From positions 11,284,001-11,348,000 of the forward strand of contig OZ176054.1 in the NCBI GenBank assembly GCA_964247055.1: 64,000 nucleotides of DNA, written 5' to 3'. The position numbers and the translations under genes are program-made. Within the stretch, counting starts at the first letter, position 1. Every line of letters begins with the position of its first letter. The DNA comes from Paragordius varius. Taxonomy: Eukaryota > Animalia > Nematomorpha. Shown one piece after another: positions 1-12,998 of this stretch. The notes below the pieces were generated by a model that saw nothing but the letters and a program-made list of their open reading frames with translations, did no database searches and was not told the origin of the DNA.

Positions 1-339
1 TTACCTTGAATTTCTGGAGTAAACACCGATTTATGGTATTAATTTATCTTTTTGATGGTGTCGGCAGGTAATATAATTAAAATATTAGTATAAAAAATAT
101 TTTATTACCTTAATTTTTTGAAGTAAACGTATAAGCTACCCATTTGTGGTATTAATATGTCTAAAATTGATATAGATTTTAAAACTAACTAATGATAAAA
201 AATTTAAACGGATAAAAAAATAAATTTTTTATAAAAAATTTAAAATTTTTTTTTATATAATCGTGAAAAAGCGGGACATTTAAAAAGTGTAGCGGGACGC
301 GAGACAAAGTGTGAAAAAGCGGGACTTCTGGTCACCCTA
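1..339 (-). mobile_element. Terminal part of hAT (Blackjack-like) DNA transposon, duplicate of the 47923-48267 end
   Basis: TIR TCTGGTCACCCTA at 327-339, three subterminal GCGGGAC motifs, followed by GGTATATC (340-347), the TSD of the full copy. Confidence 0.9.
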
Positions 340-581
340 GGTATATCTCAATTAATAAACCAGCATTGGAAAAAGCCTAATACTTTTAAACAATATTTCA
401 TACATTAGAATAATTAAAATTTTTAATCAAAAAAATGTTTCGTAACTTACCTCCCAATATCTTCACATATAGGGGTCGATCCATTTAATTGTAAAAGCAT
501 GTTTGTTTTCAACAAATTTTTGACTCTTTCAACCTCAAAATCGGTAATTAATGTACAAAGTCGCACCCTATATATATATAT

Positions 582-747
582 ATTTTGATGGTTGCTTATT
601 TCACATTATAGTTGGGCAATTTGCAACACAGTAGTGCATGGAAAAAACAACAAAATGTTGACTAAACAATTTCATCCTCTCTTTTTTCCATACACTACTG
701 TGTTGCGAATTGCCCAACTATAGTGTGAAATAAGAAACCATTAAAAT
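582..747. repeat. Near-perfect hairpin / small palindromic MITE (about 65-bp arms)
   Basis: ATTTTGATGGTTGCTTATTTCACATTATAGTTGGGCAATTTGCAACACAGTAGTGCATGGAAAAAA pairs with TTTTTTCCATACACTACTGTGTTGCGAATTGCCCAACTATAGTGTGAAATAAGAAACCATTAAAAT. Duplicate at 48521-48686. Confidence 0.85.
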
Positions 748-2039
748 TCACACTGTATATGTAAAAACAATTTTTATATTAATTTAAATGGATGTGCGTG
801 TGTTATCGAAAACAATGATATTAATAATCATTTTGAACGAAAAAAACGCGCAAAATTTTGTATATTTGAAATACATGTGATATATAAAGCCCCGTTGAAA
901 TCAATATATATTTATGCATATATATATATATATATATATGCATATGATGTTAATATTATTTGTTAGATTTTTTTAGACACCATGTTGGAGATAAATGGAA
1001 TTTTTAAAATTAATATTGTGTTTGAAAAGGTTATTTATATTGTTTAAAATAAGCCATAATATTATAAACTTTACTGGAAAACAATAATATACAGTAAAAA
1101 ATAAAAATTTAAGGCTAAATTAAAAAACAGTCAGCTAACTCTTTGGCAAAAAATCAGTCGTTTACTTAAATTAAGGGCTTACACAGTAATTATTTCCTTC
1201 TGATGTTTTAATGAAACAAATTAAACCTTTATATGAGGATCGAAATTTAACTGGGTCACTTTTTATAACGGCACTTATTGAATCATTTGCCTTGACTATT
1301 GAAAGCGCCATTGATTGGAGATTATGCTAAACTTAGAGGGTAGGCGTACTATATTATAGTCCCATATTTAAACAACTTCGGCTTTTTGGAAGTTTACGGG
1401 ATTAGGTATCTTTAGAAGGGCTATCAAAAAATCATCAATACTGTATATATAATTGGATAGAAATGGACCATATTCCCGATATGTAATAACATTATTTTAA
1501 TAATTACTTTGAAAAGTAATATGTGAGATTTGTAAAATAATATAGTTAGCTGGAGAGTTTTGATTAGTAATATCTAATTAATCCGATAGTCTTTGAAATA
1601 CACGCATTTTAATGTATGTTCAGTAATTATATTGCCAGTCAAATAACATAAATGGTTTATCCAATGCGTAAAATACTGACCCACGAAATTATTTCGTAGT
1701 ACACATATGAAAGAGGATTGACGTGAGAATTAACATAGGCTTTAATTTGATGGATATTTTGTAATATTAAATTTTGAGAATATTATAGCAATTTATGTTA
1801 ACATTTGTAATATTGTTGTTACGTATTTAGATGCGGAATTTTGTGGGTTTTTATCTTTGATAAATTAATAAATAGTAAAATACGTATTTTAAGATTTTTT
1901 ATGTTAATTATTCCTAAAAATAATAAATATTTTTCAACATGCTAAATACCTGTATTAATATTGGTATTATAATTTTATATGTTATTACTAATTAAAAAAA
2001 CACAAGTAAATATATATTTGTGAAAATTTAAGTAGATTT

Positions 2040-2985
2040 TAGATTTTTGTCTTTTATGTTTTGCATTGTTAATTATTAATAATGTATTTCAATTTTAATC
2101 AGGTAAAAATTCGGTTTTTAAATTTAGTCAAAATTAGTTTTTTTTGTTTTTATGTAACATTGTTAGTTGTAATCAATTACTACATATTTTGGACATTTTA
2201 ATAAATACAGGTAAAAATTGCGGTTAATTTAGTCAAAATTTATTTTTTTGTTTTTTATGTAACATTGTTAGTTATAATCAATTACTACATATTTTGGACA
2301 TTTTAATAAATACAGGTAAAAAGTGCGGTTTTTAATTAATTTAGTAAAAATTTAGTTTTTTTATGTTTAGGTTTTGCATTGTTAATTGTAATTAATTATT
2401 ACATATTTTGGACATTATAATAAATACAGGTAAAAATTGCGGTTTTTAACAAATTTAGTAAAAATTTTTTTTTTTTTTTGTTTTTAGGTTTTGCATTTTT
2501 AATTGTAATTTACTACATATTTTGGACATTTTGATTAATAAAGGTAAAAAATGAGGTTGTTTTTATTGTTAGCAAAAATTTAATTTTTTCTTGTTTTTTT
2601 ATTTAATATTGTTAATTGTAATTAATTACTACTTATTTGGAAATTTTAATAAATACAGGTGAAAATGGCGGTTTTTAACAAACTTCAAATGTAACATTTT
2701 TTGTATTTTGTATCATTGTTATTTAATTAATTACTAAATATTTTGGACATTTTAAAAACTGGTGTAAATTGCGGTTTTTAATAAATTAGTAAAATTTTAA
2801 ATTTTTTATTCAACCTTGCTAATTTATTTATCACTATATATATGTGAAACATTGATATATACAGGTAGAATTACTATGATTTGCGGTTTTTAAATTTTTT
2901 AAACATTATTTTGTTTTACATTGATAACTAATATAATAAATATAGTTAACATATCTGAGCAGGTAAAAATGCATGTTACGGTTTT
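2040..2985 (+). repeat. Imperfect tandem array, about 9 units of 98-115 bp
   Basis: CAGGTAAAAA(T/G)TGCGGTT-type motif recurs at about 2100, 2208, 2313, 2427, 2541, 2656, 2759, 2862 and 2960; TACTACATATTTTGGACATT is conserved in the central units. Confidence 0.9.
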
Positions 2986-3170
2986 ATGTTTGATATTTTA
3001 TTTTCCAAATCAACTATTTATATTTTAACAAACACCTTATGTCACCAAAGATTGAAAATAAGATCAAGATATATAAAACATCTTTTAAGGTTTTGAGTAT
3101 CGCCAAATATAAATAAATTTATTTGAATTATAAATGTATAATTATACAAAATATTCATAATATTATGTTT

Positions 3171-4091
3171 GAAATTAACATTCTTCTTATTGATATTAAT
3201 ACAGGTAATTTGTTTATATAGATGCGGTGTGCGTTCATGCTGATCATATAGATGAAGAATAGTATGAGATGCAATAATTAAATGCAAATAGAAAGTTTCA
3301 TCACCATCATTTTCTAGGTAGATTCTATCAACTAAAATATAAGATAATTAATATATTAGAAAATTGATACCTGGCTAAAAGTATTTTCAACATAAATTGG
3401 GGGCTAAAACATTCAAAGTTTGAAAGAGAATAAGTAAGGTTGACTTGGCTTTTTAACAACTAAATTTGCAAAAAAATATTTTCTTCATGATAAAAAATTT
3501 AAAAATGATACTTTATGTTTTTTTTCTTCTACCATCCTAAACTATATATAAAAAAAACTATTCTTCACCAAAGCAAACAATGTTAGTGTTGCCTGCTTAG
3601 TTTTTGTAGTGCTGTTGCATTCAAAGCTTTTGAAAATAAATATTTGTTTCTATTCTCTATTTTACGTCATTGGTATGGTGAAATCATATAAGCCTTTTCA
3701 TATTTATAGTTTAGAATAATAGAACGAAAAAAACATAAAGTATCATTTTTGAATATTTTAACATGAAGAAAATATTTTTTTGCAAATTTAGTTGTTAAAA
3801 AGCCAAGTCAACCTTATTTAGTTCTCTTTCAAACTTTGAATGTTTTAGCCCCCAATTTATGTTGAAAATACATTTAGAATCCAGGTATCAATTTTCTATA
3901 TTAACTATCTCATATTGTAGTTGATAGAATCTACCTAGAAAATGATGGTGATTGAAATTTTCTATTTGCATTTAATTATTGCATCTCATACTATTCTTTA
4001 ATCTATATGATCATCATGAACGCACCGCATCGTATATCAATTATATAAACAAATTACCTGTATTAATATCAATAAGAAGAATGTTAATTTC
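3171..4091. mobile_element. Foldback element / long inverted repeat (about 385-bp arms)
   Basis: 3171-~3555 is the reverse complement of ~3705-4091 (GAAATTAACATTCTTCTTATTG ... CAATAAGAAGAATGTTAATTTC). Duplicate at 51109-52029. Confidence 0.85.
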
Positions 4092-6169
4092 TTAGTTTGT
4101 GGACACTGTGTATATGAAAAATTGATGTCCTATAATCCGACATTTTACATTTTTTGAAAAACTGGCCCATTTTAAAGGATTCTAAAAAAATTTAATTTTC
4201 GGAGTTGCGAAAATGGTAAAATTAATGCTTTTTCACATTGCATAATTGGATTTAAATACATCTGTATAAGTAGTGGCATACCGATGGGGGGGGGGGGGGG
4301 TGCATCATGCCCCGGGCGCCGTTATTTAGGGGCGCCCAAATGATTTTTAATTAAATTTAAATTTTTGGTAAAATAACAACAACTTTCAAGTAAGATTTTT
4401 CAGCAATTTACGTATAAATCCCTAAAATAATATAAAAATTATATAAATGAGATCAAGATTAAACTATGCAAAAAACAACTTTCATTATTCCCTTCAACAT
4501 GTGCAAACTTATTTTTTCGCTTAAAAAACGTATTCTTTTATTGTCTTAAATTAAATTTTAACTTTTCTATCTGTTCAAAACCTTATCTCTTATTATTATA
4601 ATTTATAATTACATTTTTATTTTAATCATATTCAATTTCAAAACCCAATTTTATTTATTGAAATCTCCAACATCATTCCATCTCTAACAAGGTAGGTTTT
4701 GTTATTAATAATATATTTTTTATAATTACTTTTATTTTCATCAGATATCAATGCCTAAACTCACCGATTACGCAGATAGGAAATGTAAAATCCAGGAAGA
4801 GAATAAAACAAATAAAATGCGAATATGAAATCTTATTTAAATATCTGACCATAACAAAAGTTTATGCGACACAAACCTAACGGTACCCCTTAATAATAGT
4901 AACTTACACCTGAAACCCTATTTATTGATTTTATAAACAGATATGTAAAAACTACAAATTATATACCATTAGTAAATCTAAGCGCTATACCTATATAAAG
5001 TTTAATGATGGCGCCTTCTTAAAATTTACTAATAATCTCCCGTAATATCTAATCAATTTCGCACAGGATCTCAAGGATTTCAAAATAAATGCAATCTCTT
5101 TAAAACAAAAAAACATAGTCCAGCGGCCCAATCTTGGTTTTTTCAACTTATCGGTAAAAAAGAAGGTTTTGAAGAATTCACCAAAGAACAGATCTGCGTA
5201 TTGTTATTATTGCTCACTTTTTATCGATCTAATTCTTTACCTTCATCTTTAATAATTACGCATGGTTTCAATGGAGGAAAAAAATAAATTAATCCATTAT
5301 AAAAATAGCCTCAATCACCGGAAAGCATTTAGTACTTGGAAAGAGGCAGAAAAAGATTGATAAATAAAATAGGAATTGCTCTAGAAGCTCACATAATCGG
5401 AAAAAGATATATGGCGAAATATTTTACATCGAATATTGGCCTGCAAGAAATTTTTAATCACCCAAAATCTCCCTTTTCGAGGACATATTGAAAAATGTAT
5501 CTAGATGACTCAGCACCAAATCGAAACCTCTTAGTATTAAAACTCTTCGCTCAGTTTGAAAAATTATTGAAATAACAATATTGATTTAAAAAATAATTGG
5601 GAATCTATAAACGAATTATACAATAAGATTATAATGGATCAGATCTTTTTATAGAAATTTATGATTGTAGGATGTTATTCCTAAGTCGAAAAGATGTCGA
5701 ACCTAAAACTCCGTTAGAACTCTAAACCTTTATAATTTCATACGGCGAAGATGTATACCTAATTTAAGGGTTGCACTTCAAATACTTTTAACCATTTCAA
5801 CGACAGTCGCTAGTTGTGAAAGGTCATTCAGCAAAGAAATTAATTTCAACATATATTCAATCGCGATGTGTCATAACTTAATATGGTTGTGTGTGTGTTA
5901 CATAAGCAAATTTTAAATATATATTTTGTTTGTATGCTATAGTTTTTTGTAAGATTTGCACTATCTTATTTTTATATTTATATACTATGTAAATATCATG
6001 TTACTCAAAATTTTATTGTATCATGCAAATTATGTTCACTTAAAAATAGTATATATAAAGCACAAAATACCGAATATATCATATTTTTGTTACCTTTTAA
6101 CATCTGGTGGTCATTCGAGTTCCGAAATAAGCTAGTGCTAGTGGAGGTTTTACCGATATCCGAACGAAC

Positions 6170-9100
6170 ATGGCAACGCCAATTGCCAACCTCGCTAACT
6201 TATGCATCGAGAAATATAATGATAATATCATTGAGGAATACGTTGACTATAAGACAAATGTTATGGAGGCGAAAGAAATCCCTGTAACAGAACAATCTCT
6301 CAAAGCAACTTGTTGCCTATGGTGGTCTATTGGTTGTGCTCAAAATAAATCAACGACTGTATCCCAAAAAAATAAAAGATGCATCATGGAGCGAGATAAT
6401 GATAACTTGTTTAAAAGTATTTAATCCCACAAAATCAAATTTTAAAGCGGATTTGAATTTTTTCGACTTGTGCGAAGCAACGCTGAATTTTTCACCCAAT
6501 TTTTAGAATGGGTTAAGATCGCAGCCGGAGAGGCCAAATTTAATGATTCGACTGAGGAACGTATTCGGGATGCTTTCGTCATTGGTTTACGGCAACCGCA
6601 ATTGGAAATCGATATACATTCAAGGTATCCCGATTCCGAGATCAACAGACAACCCGTGTCTCTAAAAACGATAGTGGATCTCGCACTAGCACGAAGCTAC
6701 TAGAGCTGGCCTTCATAACAATAATGATAATACCAATTATAACAATGGTAAAAATTTAAATCGATTAAACACACCAATAATAATAATACGGCCATGCGTT
6801 CACGACAGCCAACAGCAAAACATCTAACACATTCGTGCAATCGTTGTGGGAGTAGCCATGGAACAAACAAATGTCCTGCTTGTAACCGCAATCGTAATAA
6901 ATGTGGAAAACCCAACCACTTCGCTAAAATGTGTAGATCAAAAAACGCTGCCAAGAGTATGTTCAACCTCCAGATCCATAGAAAAGCAATGCCTACCTCA
7001 CCATGGACCGTAAGAATAATGATAAACAACAAAGAACAAATATTTATCTATGAAACTCGAGCTGACATTAGTGTATAATCAGCTTTGAAACCTGGAAACA
7101 AGTTGGCAAGCCAAATATTAAACCCATACCGCCAGTAAAAGCCTACAATAATAATATAGTGCCTCTACTGGGCGTAACAACAGTCACAGTGCAAATCAAT
7201 GGGCAAAACTTGGGGGACGCAGAATGTTGTGTATTGAAAGAAAAAAAGTCAAAGGCATAGCTCATTTGTGGCTTGGATTAGATCACGAGATTCAACATCG
7301 ACGGAATTAACTTTCTTAAACTTGATAAAATTATTGAAAATTTATTAATCTATTTAAACAGGAATTAGGCTGTTACATTGAGCCGGTTAAAGTTCATATG
7401 GCATCCAATACCTCCCCCAATGTTTGGCCTTGTCGCTGAGTACCGTTTCCCCTAAGAGTAAAAGTTGAAAACGAAGTGCTAAAATTACAAAAGTTAGACA
7501 TTTTGGAGCCAATATATCCCAACCTTACACCTCTGACATGGGCCACGCCCACCGTTAATGTGCTAAAAGAGAATGGAAAGGTAAGAATTTGTAGCGATTT
7601 TAGAGTTACGATCAACAAGTGGCTGACTGAGGACTCTCATATTCCAACGATTGATGATTTAGTAAGTAAGATTGGCGAAGGCCAAGTTTTCACTAAGATT
7701 GATCTGAAAGATGCCTATCTACAAATGCCCATAACTAAAGAATCACAACACCTCCTAACAATTGCAACTCACAAGGGATTTTTCCGCTACAAAAGGATGC
7801 CTTTCGGACTGTCAACAGCACCAATAATTTTCAACGAGTCATGACCAGGTTATAAAAGATTGTCCCGGCACTTGTGCATATTTAGATGATGTTTTAGTAA
7901 CTGGCAAATCTGAACAGGAACATTCAATAAATCTTAATAATGTTTTAAATCGGTTAGAATTAGCAGCTTTTAGATTAAGAAAAGATACAATAAAATTAGG
8001 TGAACTCAGTAAGTTATCTGGGATTTGAAATAAGTAATAAAGGTATAAGTCCCTGCAAGAATAAAAAGCAATCAATGATTTTAAAAAACCTGTGGATAAA
8101 AAAAACTTAAAAAGTTTTCTAGTAATTTTAACTTTCCCTGAAAGATTTATAACCAAGCTTCAATTAAGTGTAATGGAATTACATAGTTTAACAAGTAAGA
8201 ACGTCAGATGGAACTGGTCGGAAAAACACGAGAAAAGTTGGAAAGCAGCGAAGGAATTATTAAGTAAACAAGTATTTTTAACACCATACAATCCGGATAG
8301 AAAGTTAGTAATTGAAACCGATGCCTCAGATATAGGGTTTGGATGTATTTTAAGTCATGTTGTAAATGAGTAGAGGAAACCCATTGCCTATGGTTCAAGA
8401 AAATGTACCGATTGAACTACTCTACGATATTTAAGATGGGTTAACCGACTGAATGATTATGATTTTAAATTAAGTTATCAGGCGGGTCCGAAAATTAAAG
8501 CCGATTTGTCAAGATGTCCCGGTAAAGATAATGTTGACATAATTGATAGAGATTACATGGTAACAAGACATCTTAGGTTCCTAAATTGTCATAACGTTCA
8601 TTTAATGGGATCCGGAGAGAGGCAGTTAAGGATAAAATTTTGCAGAAGGTAATCAAGGCTATTCATAATCAAGATTGGAGTGATGTTGAGTTAGGTGAGT
8701 TTACGAACCGTAAAGGAGAAATTTCGTACCAATACGGATTGCTAAGTTTAAATGATCGAATCATCATTCCAGAAAGCTTACAGGCGAATGTGGTTAATTA
8801 TTTGCACAGCGGGCATAATATAATAATGTAGAAACGATGAAAGCAATGGCAAGGTGTACATGTTTTTGGTCAAAATTAGAGAACGATTTGGTAAGAAGGT
8901 ATAGTGAATGTAGTTCGTGTCAGGTAAACAAACCAAGCCTATGTGAAAACCCCAGTTACCCATGGGATCCAAATGATGCAATATGGGAGCGCCTACACAT
9001 TGATATAGCCGGACCAGTTGACGGGTATTTTTAGGTGTTGATTGATAGCGCATCAAAATGGTCGGAAGGGTTTATGTTAAAACGGGTTACTTCGGTAAAT

Positions 9101-9570
9101 ATATTGCACAAACTCGAGGAAACCTTTGCCAGGTTTGGGTTTCCGAGGACGGTAATAAGTGATAACGCTTCCTACTTTAATAATTCGTACTTTACATTAA
9201 CCCTGACAAACTTGGGAATTAAGCATGTGAGACTAACCCCCTATCATCTTAAAAGTAATGGGATGGTAGAAAGGTTAGTGGGGACCTAAAGTGCAAGTAC
9301 AGAAAAATCAAAAATTATAATATTACACCGCAGGAAGCTTTTAATACTACTTTATGGTCTTACCGTAACGCAATTCCCGCTACCACAAAAACCCCCTTCC
9401 AACTACTCTTTAACCGAGTCTCCCAAACACCCCTGACCTGGATTAACACAAAAACAACAGCCTTAGACGCATCCCTGATGAAAAACGAACAAAGTCCTGG
9501 ATGGCGAGCCGGCGAGGTTGTTGATAGAACTGGTCTCCTTTCGTACAGTGTGTGGGATCAGGAAAACCAG
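6170..9570 (+). pseudogene. gag-pol of Gypsy A, fragmented by stops and frameshifts
   Basis: Gag (RIRDAFVIGL, Cys/His knuckles CNRCGSSH, KCGKPNHFAKMC), RT (KVRICSDFR, FTKIDLKDAYLQ, FRYKRMPFGL, AYLDD), RNase H (ETDASDIGFG), integrase (WERLHID, FGFPRTVISDNA, SNGMVER). Confidence 0.95.
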
Positions 9571-9644
9571 TAGATGGTCAGAAAGCACGCGGACCAGTTA
9601 AAACATGTACCAACCGCCAACTCAAATACTCCGGTCACTCAAAA

Positions 9645-9780
9645 CAATAATAGTAATAACGACAATAACAGTAATAATAATGGTAACAGTATTGATAAAA
9701 ATAATAATAGTAATGACAATAATAATGATAAAATAAATGATAATAATAATGAAAGTAGTAATGATAATATTAATGAAAAT
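9645..9780 (+). repeat. AAT-rich low-complexity tract at the 3' end of Gypsy A
   Basis: Degenerate (AAT)n encoding Asn-rich text in ORF 9574-9837; same at about 57582-57717. Confidence 0.8.
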
Positions 9781-10425
9781 CCGCACGAGCGTCGTTACCC
9801 TGAGAAAATTCGGCAGAAGCCGATCCGGTTCTTCTAAGGGGGAAATGATGTTACATATGCAATTTTAAATATATATTTTGTTTGTATGCTATAGTTTTTT
9901 GTAAGATTTGCATTGTCTTATTTTTATATTTTTGTACTATGTATACTCAAACTTTATTATATCATGCAAATTATGTTCACTTAAAAATAGTATGTAAAAG
10001 CACAAAAAAACCGATAAATATCATACTTTCGTTACCTTTTAACAGTGTGGAAAAAAAAATTTAATATGATAGATTTTAATGATGTGTTTGATAATTTTGC
10101 AATATCAAAAGCCAGAAATTTTTTTTGAAATATTTTTTCTTAGTTGCCTCTTTCCATTCCAAATAGTAAAATCTCATTAATATACTTAATATTTTACGGA
10201 TTAAATAAATCGCATTACATAAATTGTCATAATTTTTAATTCCGTTAAAATCTGTATTGTAAAATTAGCCCAGATTTACAATTATTTTTAATCATTATTG
10301 TTCGTCATTATCATCCATTCAATATATGCAATTAAAATCAATGTCTATTATTTTTATAAATATAATTTCAATATTATAGTTATTAGAATATTTACATGTA
10401 TGTATTTGAGTATGAATAAATTTAG

Positions 10426-10460
<35 letters not shown>

Positions 10461-11507
10461 GATTTAAAATTTATATGACTGTGATGTCTTATCTATGGTT
10501 AGGTTGCAATGTTTTAGTGGCTTTCAAAAATGGAGAGGGGCGCCAAAAGAATTTTATGCCCCGGGCGCCGCAAATGCTCGGTACGCCACTGATAAATTAT
10601 ATTTGAAATTGTCGAAACACTTTTGCATTTTTTTGAGCAGGTAATTCAAATTTTCACCCCTTTAAAACTAGTGTTTAATATTATGGTTTATATGAACCTA
10701 TTTATTGATAAAGTTGCGCATTTGCGAATTAGAAAAATAATGAAAGCGATTTTTAACATATTTTACGGCAATATATATGATCAATTTTGAATTAACTTTA
10801 GACCCAATTGTTTAATATAAAAATAACTTTAAATTCGACAAATTTATTTATTGATATAAATGATGCATAAATCACATGAATGATTAATCCCTGAAGCAAA
10901 TTAATTTTTAAGAATTGATGAATTGCATATTACTTATCGTCACCAGAACCAGAACCAGACCAATAATCGCTTGCTAAAAGTTAAATATAAAATATATTTT
11001 AAAGATAAATTATCGTCGACATATTTCGATTATAAACCAGCCCTAAGTAGTCTTGGAATTTTAAGTTCGTCCCTCACTAATTTGTTGAATGATAAGGTTA
11101 ATTAGTTAAAACTTCTTTAGCCCGCTTTTGTTTTCTGCCTCATTCAAACAGAGATTAAAAAATATCTCTTTGGTATTAGGACAAATTAGAAATATTTTTG
11201 AAACTAATAAAATCACAAAAATATCTCAAATTTTAGGCTGCCAAATTTTTCCATTTTTTGTTCAATCATCATACATTAAAAACTTAAAACAATATTATGG
11301 TTAAAAATGCTCTTGATTATTTAGACCAATTTTATTCTTATAAACTTAAATATAAATTTTTTTATAAAACCCATTCTAAACTAAAATTGATTTTAGTTAA
11401 TAATAATCATTGTGGAACCAATAAAGCAATTACAAAAAAAGTTTTCAATGACTTTATTGGATGACGGAGCATTTTAAAACTTTAAGGGGATTAAAAATAG
11501 ATTAATA

Positions 11508-11755
11508 TACCATTTACATCTCCTTAAACACTTCAATTTACCCTCCAATTTAAATTCACCCTAAAATAAATTATGTCTTAATTTAACTAATTAAAGGTAT
11601 AGTTTTTTATTTTTTGATGTTATTTTTAAACAAAGTTATATTTAAGAAATCCACAATAAAGTATGTGATTTCCAAAAACATAATTTACTAGGGTATTTGA
11701 TATGTTTAAGGGTAAATTTGAAATGTTTAAGGATGAATTTGAAGTGTAAATGGTA
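11508..11755. mobile_element. MITE with TACCATTTACA termini (decayed relative of 18739-19152)
   Basis: TACCATTTACA ... TGTAAATGGTA termini and degenerate AAATTCACCC-type subterminal repeats. Duplicate at 59441-59688. Confidence 0.65.
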
Positions 11756-11758
11756 ATA

Positions 11759-12912
11759 GACTATGTGCAAAATAATTTTTAACAAAATATTTTTTTTTCG
11801 ATGAAATAGCTTATGACCAGCGTATTCATTTCCCAATTTTCATTTGTTTACGACCTAATTTTTGAGATATTCAGGGAAAAACGGAATCGGGCAAAAGGTG
11901 AAAATTAGGATTATTAAGGATAATTGTAAAAAAATGATAAAAATAGAGATATTATGGTTTATTATCATTCTAAGAGATAATTTCAATATATATAAATAGC
12001 CTAAAATCATAAAAATAGGGTTTCTATAAAAACTCAGTTCAAAAAATGACGTTTTTCTTTTAACAAACTCCAAAGACAAAAAAATTTCATGAAACTATAC
12101 TATGATAATTTTTGATTATTTACTAGCTAAGCTCACAATTAAAATCTTAACATTCATATTTTATTTAAAAATAACTTCTATATCAAAATAAAACTAAAAA
12201 ATATTGTTTAATTTTATATTTTTGTCATCTGGTTTATGACGGTATAAAATATTTATACTGTTTGATTTTTGAATCTTACATAAATGGGAGTTAAGTATAT
12301 AATTTATGCAAAATAGGATTTAAAACATCTACCAACAATCGCTACAAATCCCAGTAACGAGTTTGTTTCAACACAAATTAATATTTTTACTGGGATATGT
12401 ATGGATTTTTGTAGATTTTCCACTACTTGTTTTTATTTTGTATTAATTTATATACTGTGAATTTCCAAAATAAGATTTTTTATACCATCATAAACCAGAT
12501 TACAAAAAAAATGAAAAAATAAAAAACAATAATTTTTAGTTTTATTTTGATATAGAAGTTTTTTTAATAAGTAAGTGATTTAGCTAGTAAATAAAAAAAT
12601 TTTAATGTTTTCATAAAAAATTTTCGTTTTTTAAGTGTGTTAAAAGAAAAACGCCATGTTTTGAACTGAGATTTTATATAAACTACTCTATTTATATGAT
12701 TTTAGGATATTTATAAATTAAATCCCCTTGATAAAAACCATGAAACTTTTATCATTATTTTTTTAATTCTTAATTTTCACTTTTTGCCCGATTTCGATTT
12801 TCTCTTAAATTTCAAAAATAATTAATTTTTTGTGGGAAATCAATTCACGGTTAGTTATCTCATAAAAAAATTTTATTCGTTAAAAAAATAACCCTCTTTT
12901 TTGCACACAGTG
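11759..12912. mobile_element. Foldback non-autonomous DNA transposon with CACTGTG-type termini, TA-flanked
   Basis: Left GACTATGTGCAAAA vs right TTTTGCACACAGTG; long internal inverted arms (e.g. CGGGCAAAAGGTGAAAATTAG vs CTTAATTTTCACTTTTTGCCCG). Duplicate at 59692-60858. Confidence 0.8.
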
Positions 12913-12998
12913 TATATATTTTGACAATATTGAACAAAAATCATAGAAATTAATTTTATAAAATCAAAAAATAAGATGTATTATAACTTAAAACATAC

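Larger units (their letters stand above)
5896..10044 (+). mobile_element. Ty3/Gypsy LTR retrotransposon A (Mag/K02A2.6-like), degenerate
   Basis: LTRs 5896-6102 and 9849-10044 (TG...CA), 5-bp TSD GTGTG, PBS-like TGGTGG after the 5' LTR, PPT AAGGGGGGAAA before the 3' LTR. Confidence 0.96.
4271..10591 (+). mobile_element. Degenerate hAT transposon (Tip100/ZMYM1-like) interrupted by a Gypsy element
   Basis: TIRs (C)AGTGGCATACCGA / TCGGTACGCCACTG. hATC remnant NLRVALQILLTISTTVASCERSFSK at 5761-5835; C-terminal DFNDVFDNFAISKAR resumes after the Gypsy near 10070. 8-bp TSD ATAAGTTA/ATAAATTA is visible in copy 2. Confidence 0.85.

Noticed and set aside
1190-1330. Short ORF KPLYEDRNLTG resembling piggyBac transposase
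   Set aside because: Only about 45 codons, no further motifs and no TTAA-bounded ends.
3042-3287. 81-aa ORF (and duplicate 50980-51225) as a gene
   Set aside because: Low-complexity AT-rich text overlapping a foldback arm; conserved only because of the recent duplication.
6442-9056. Minus-strand ORFs within Gypsy A (and 20159-20485 antisense to exon X)
   Set aside because: Shadow ORFs opposite recognisable coding sequence.
9574-9837. Asn-rich ORF as env or a separate gene
   Set aside because: It is the (AAT)n tail of pol, separated by a stop; no signal peptide or TM segment.
11759-12912. Transib/RAG-like assignment from CACTGTG/CACAGTG heptamer ends
   Set aside because: No 5-bp TSD at either family member and no transposase; TA flanks fit other superfamilies equally well.
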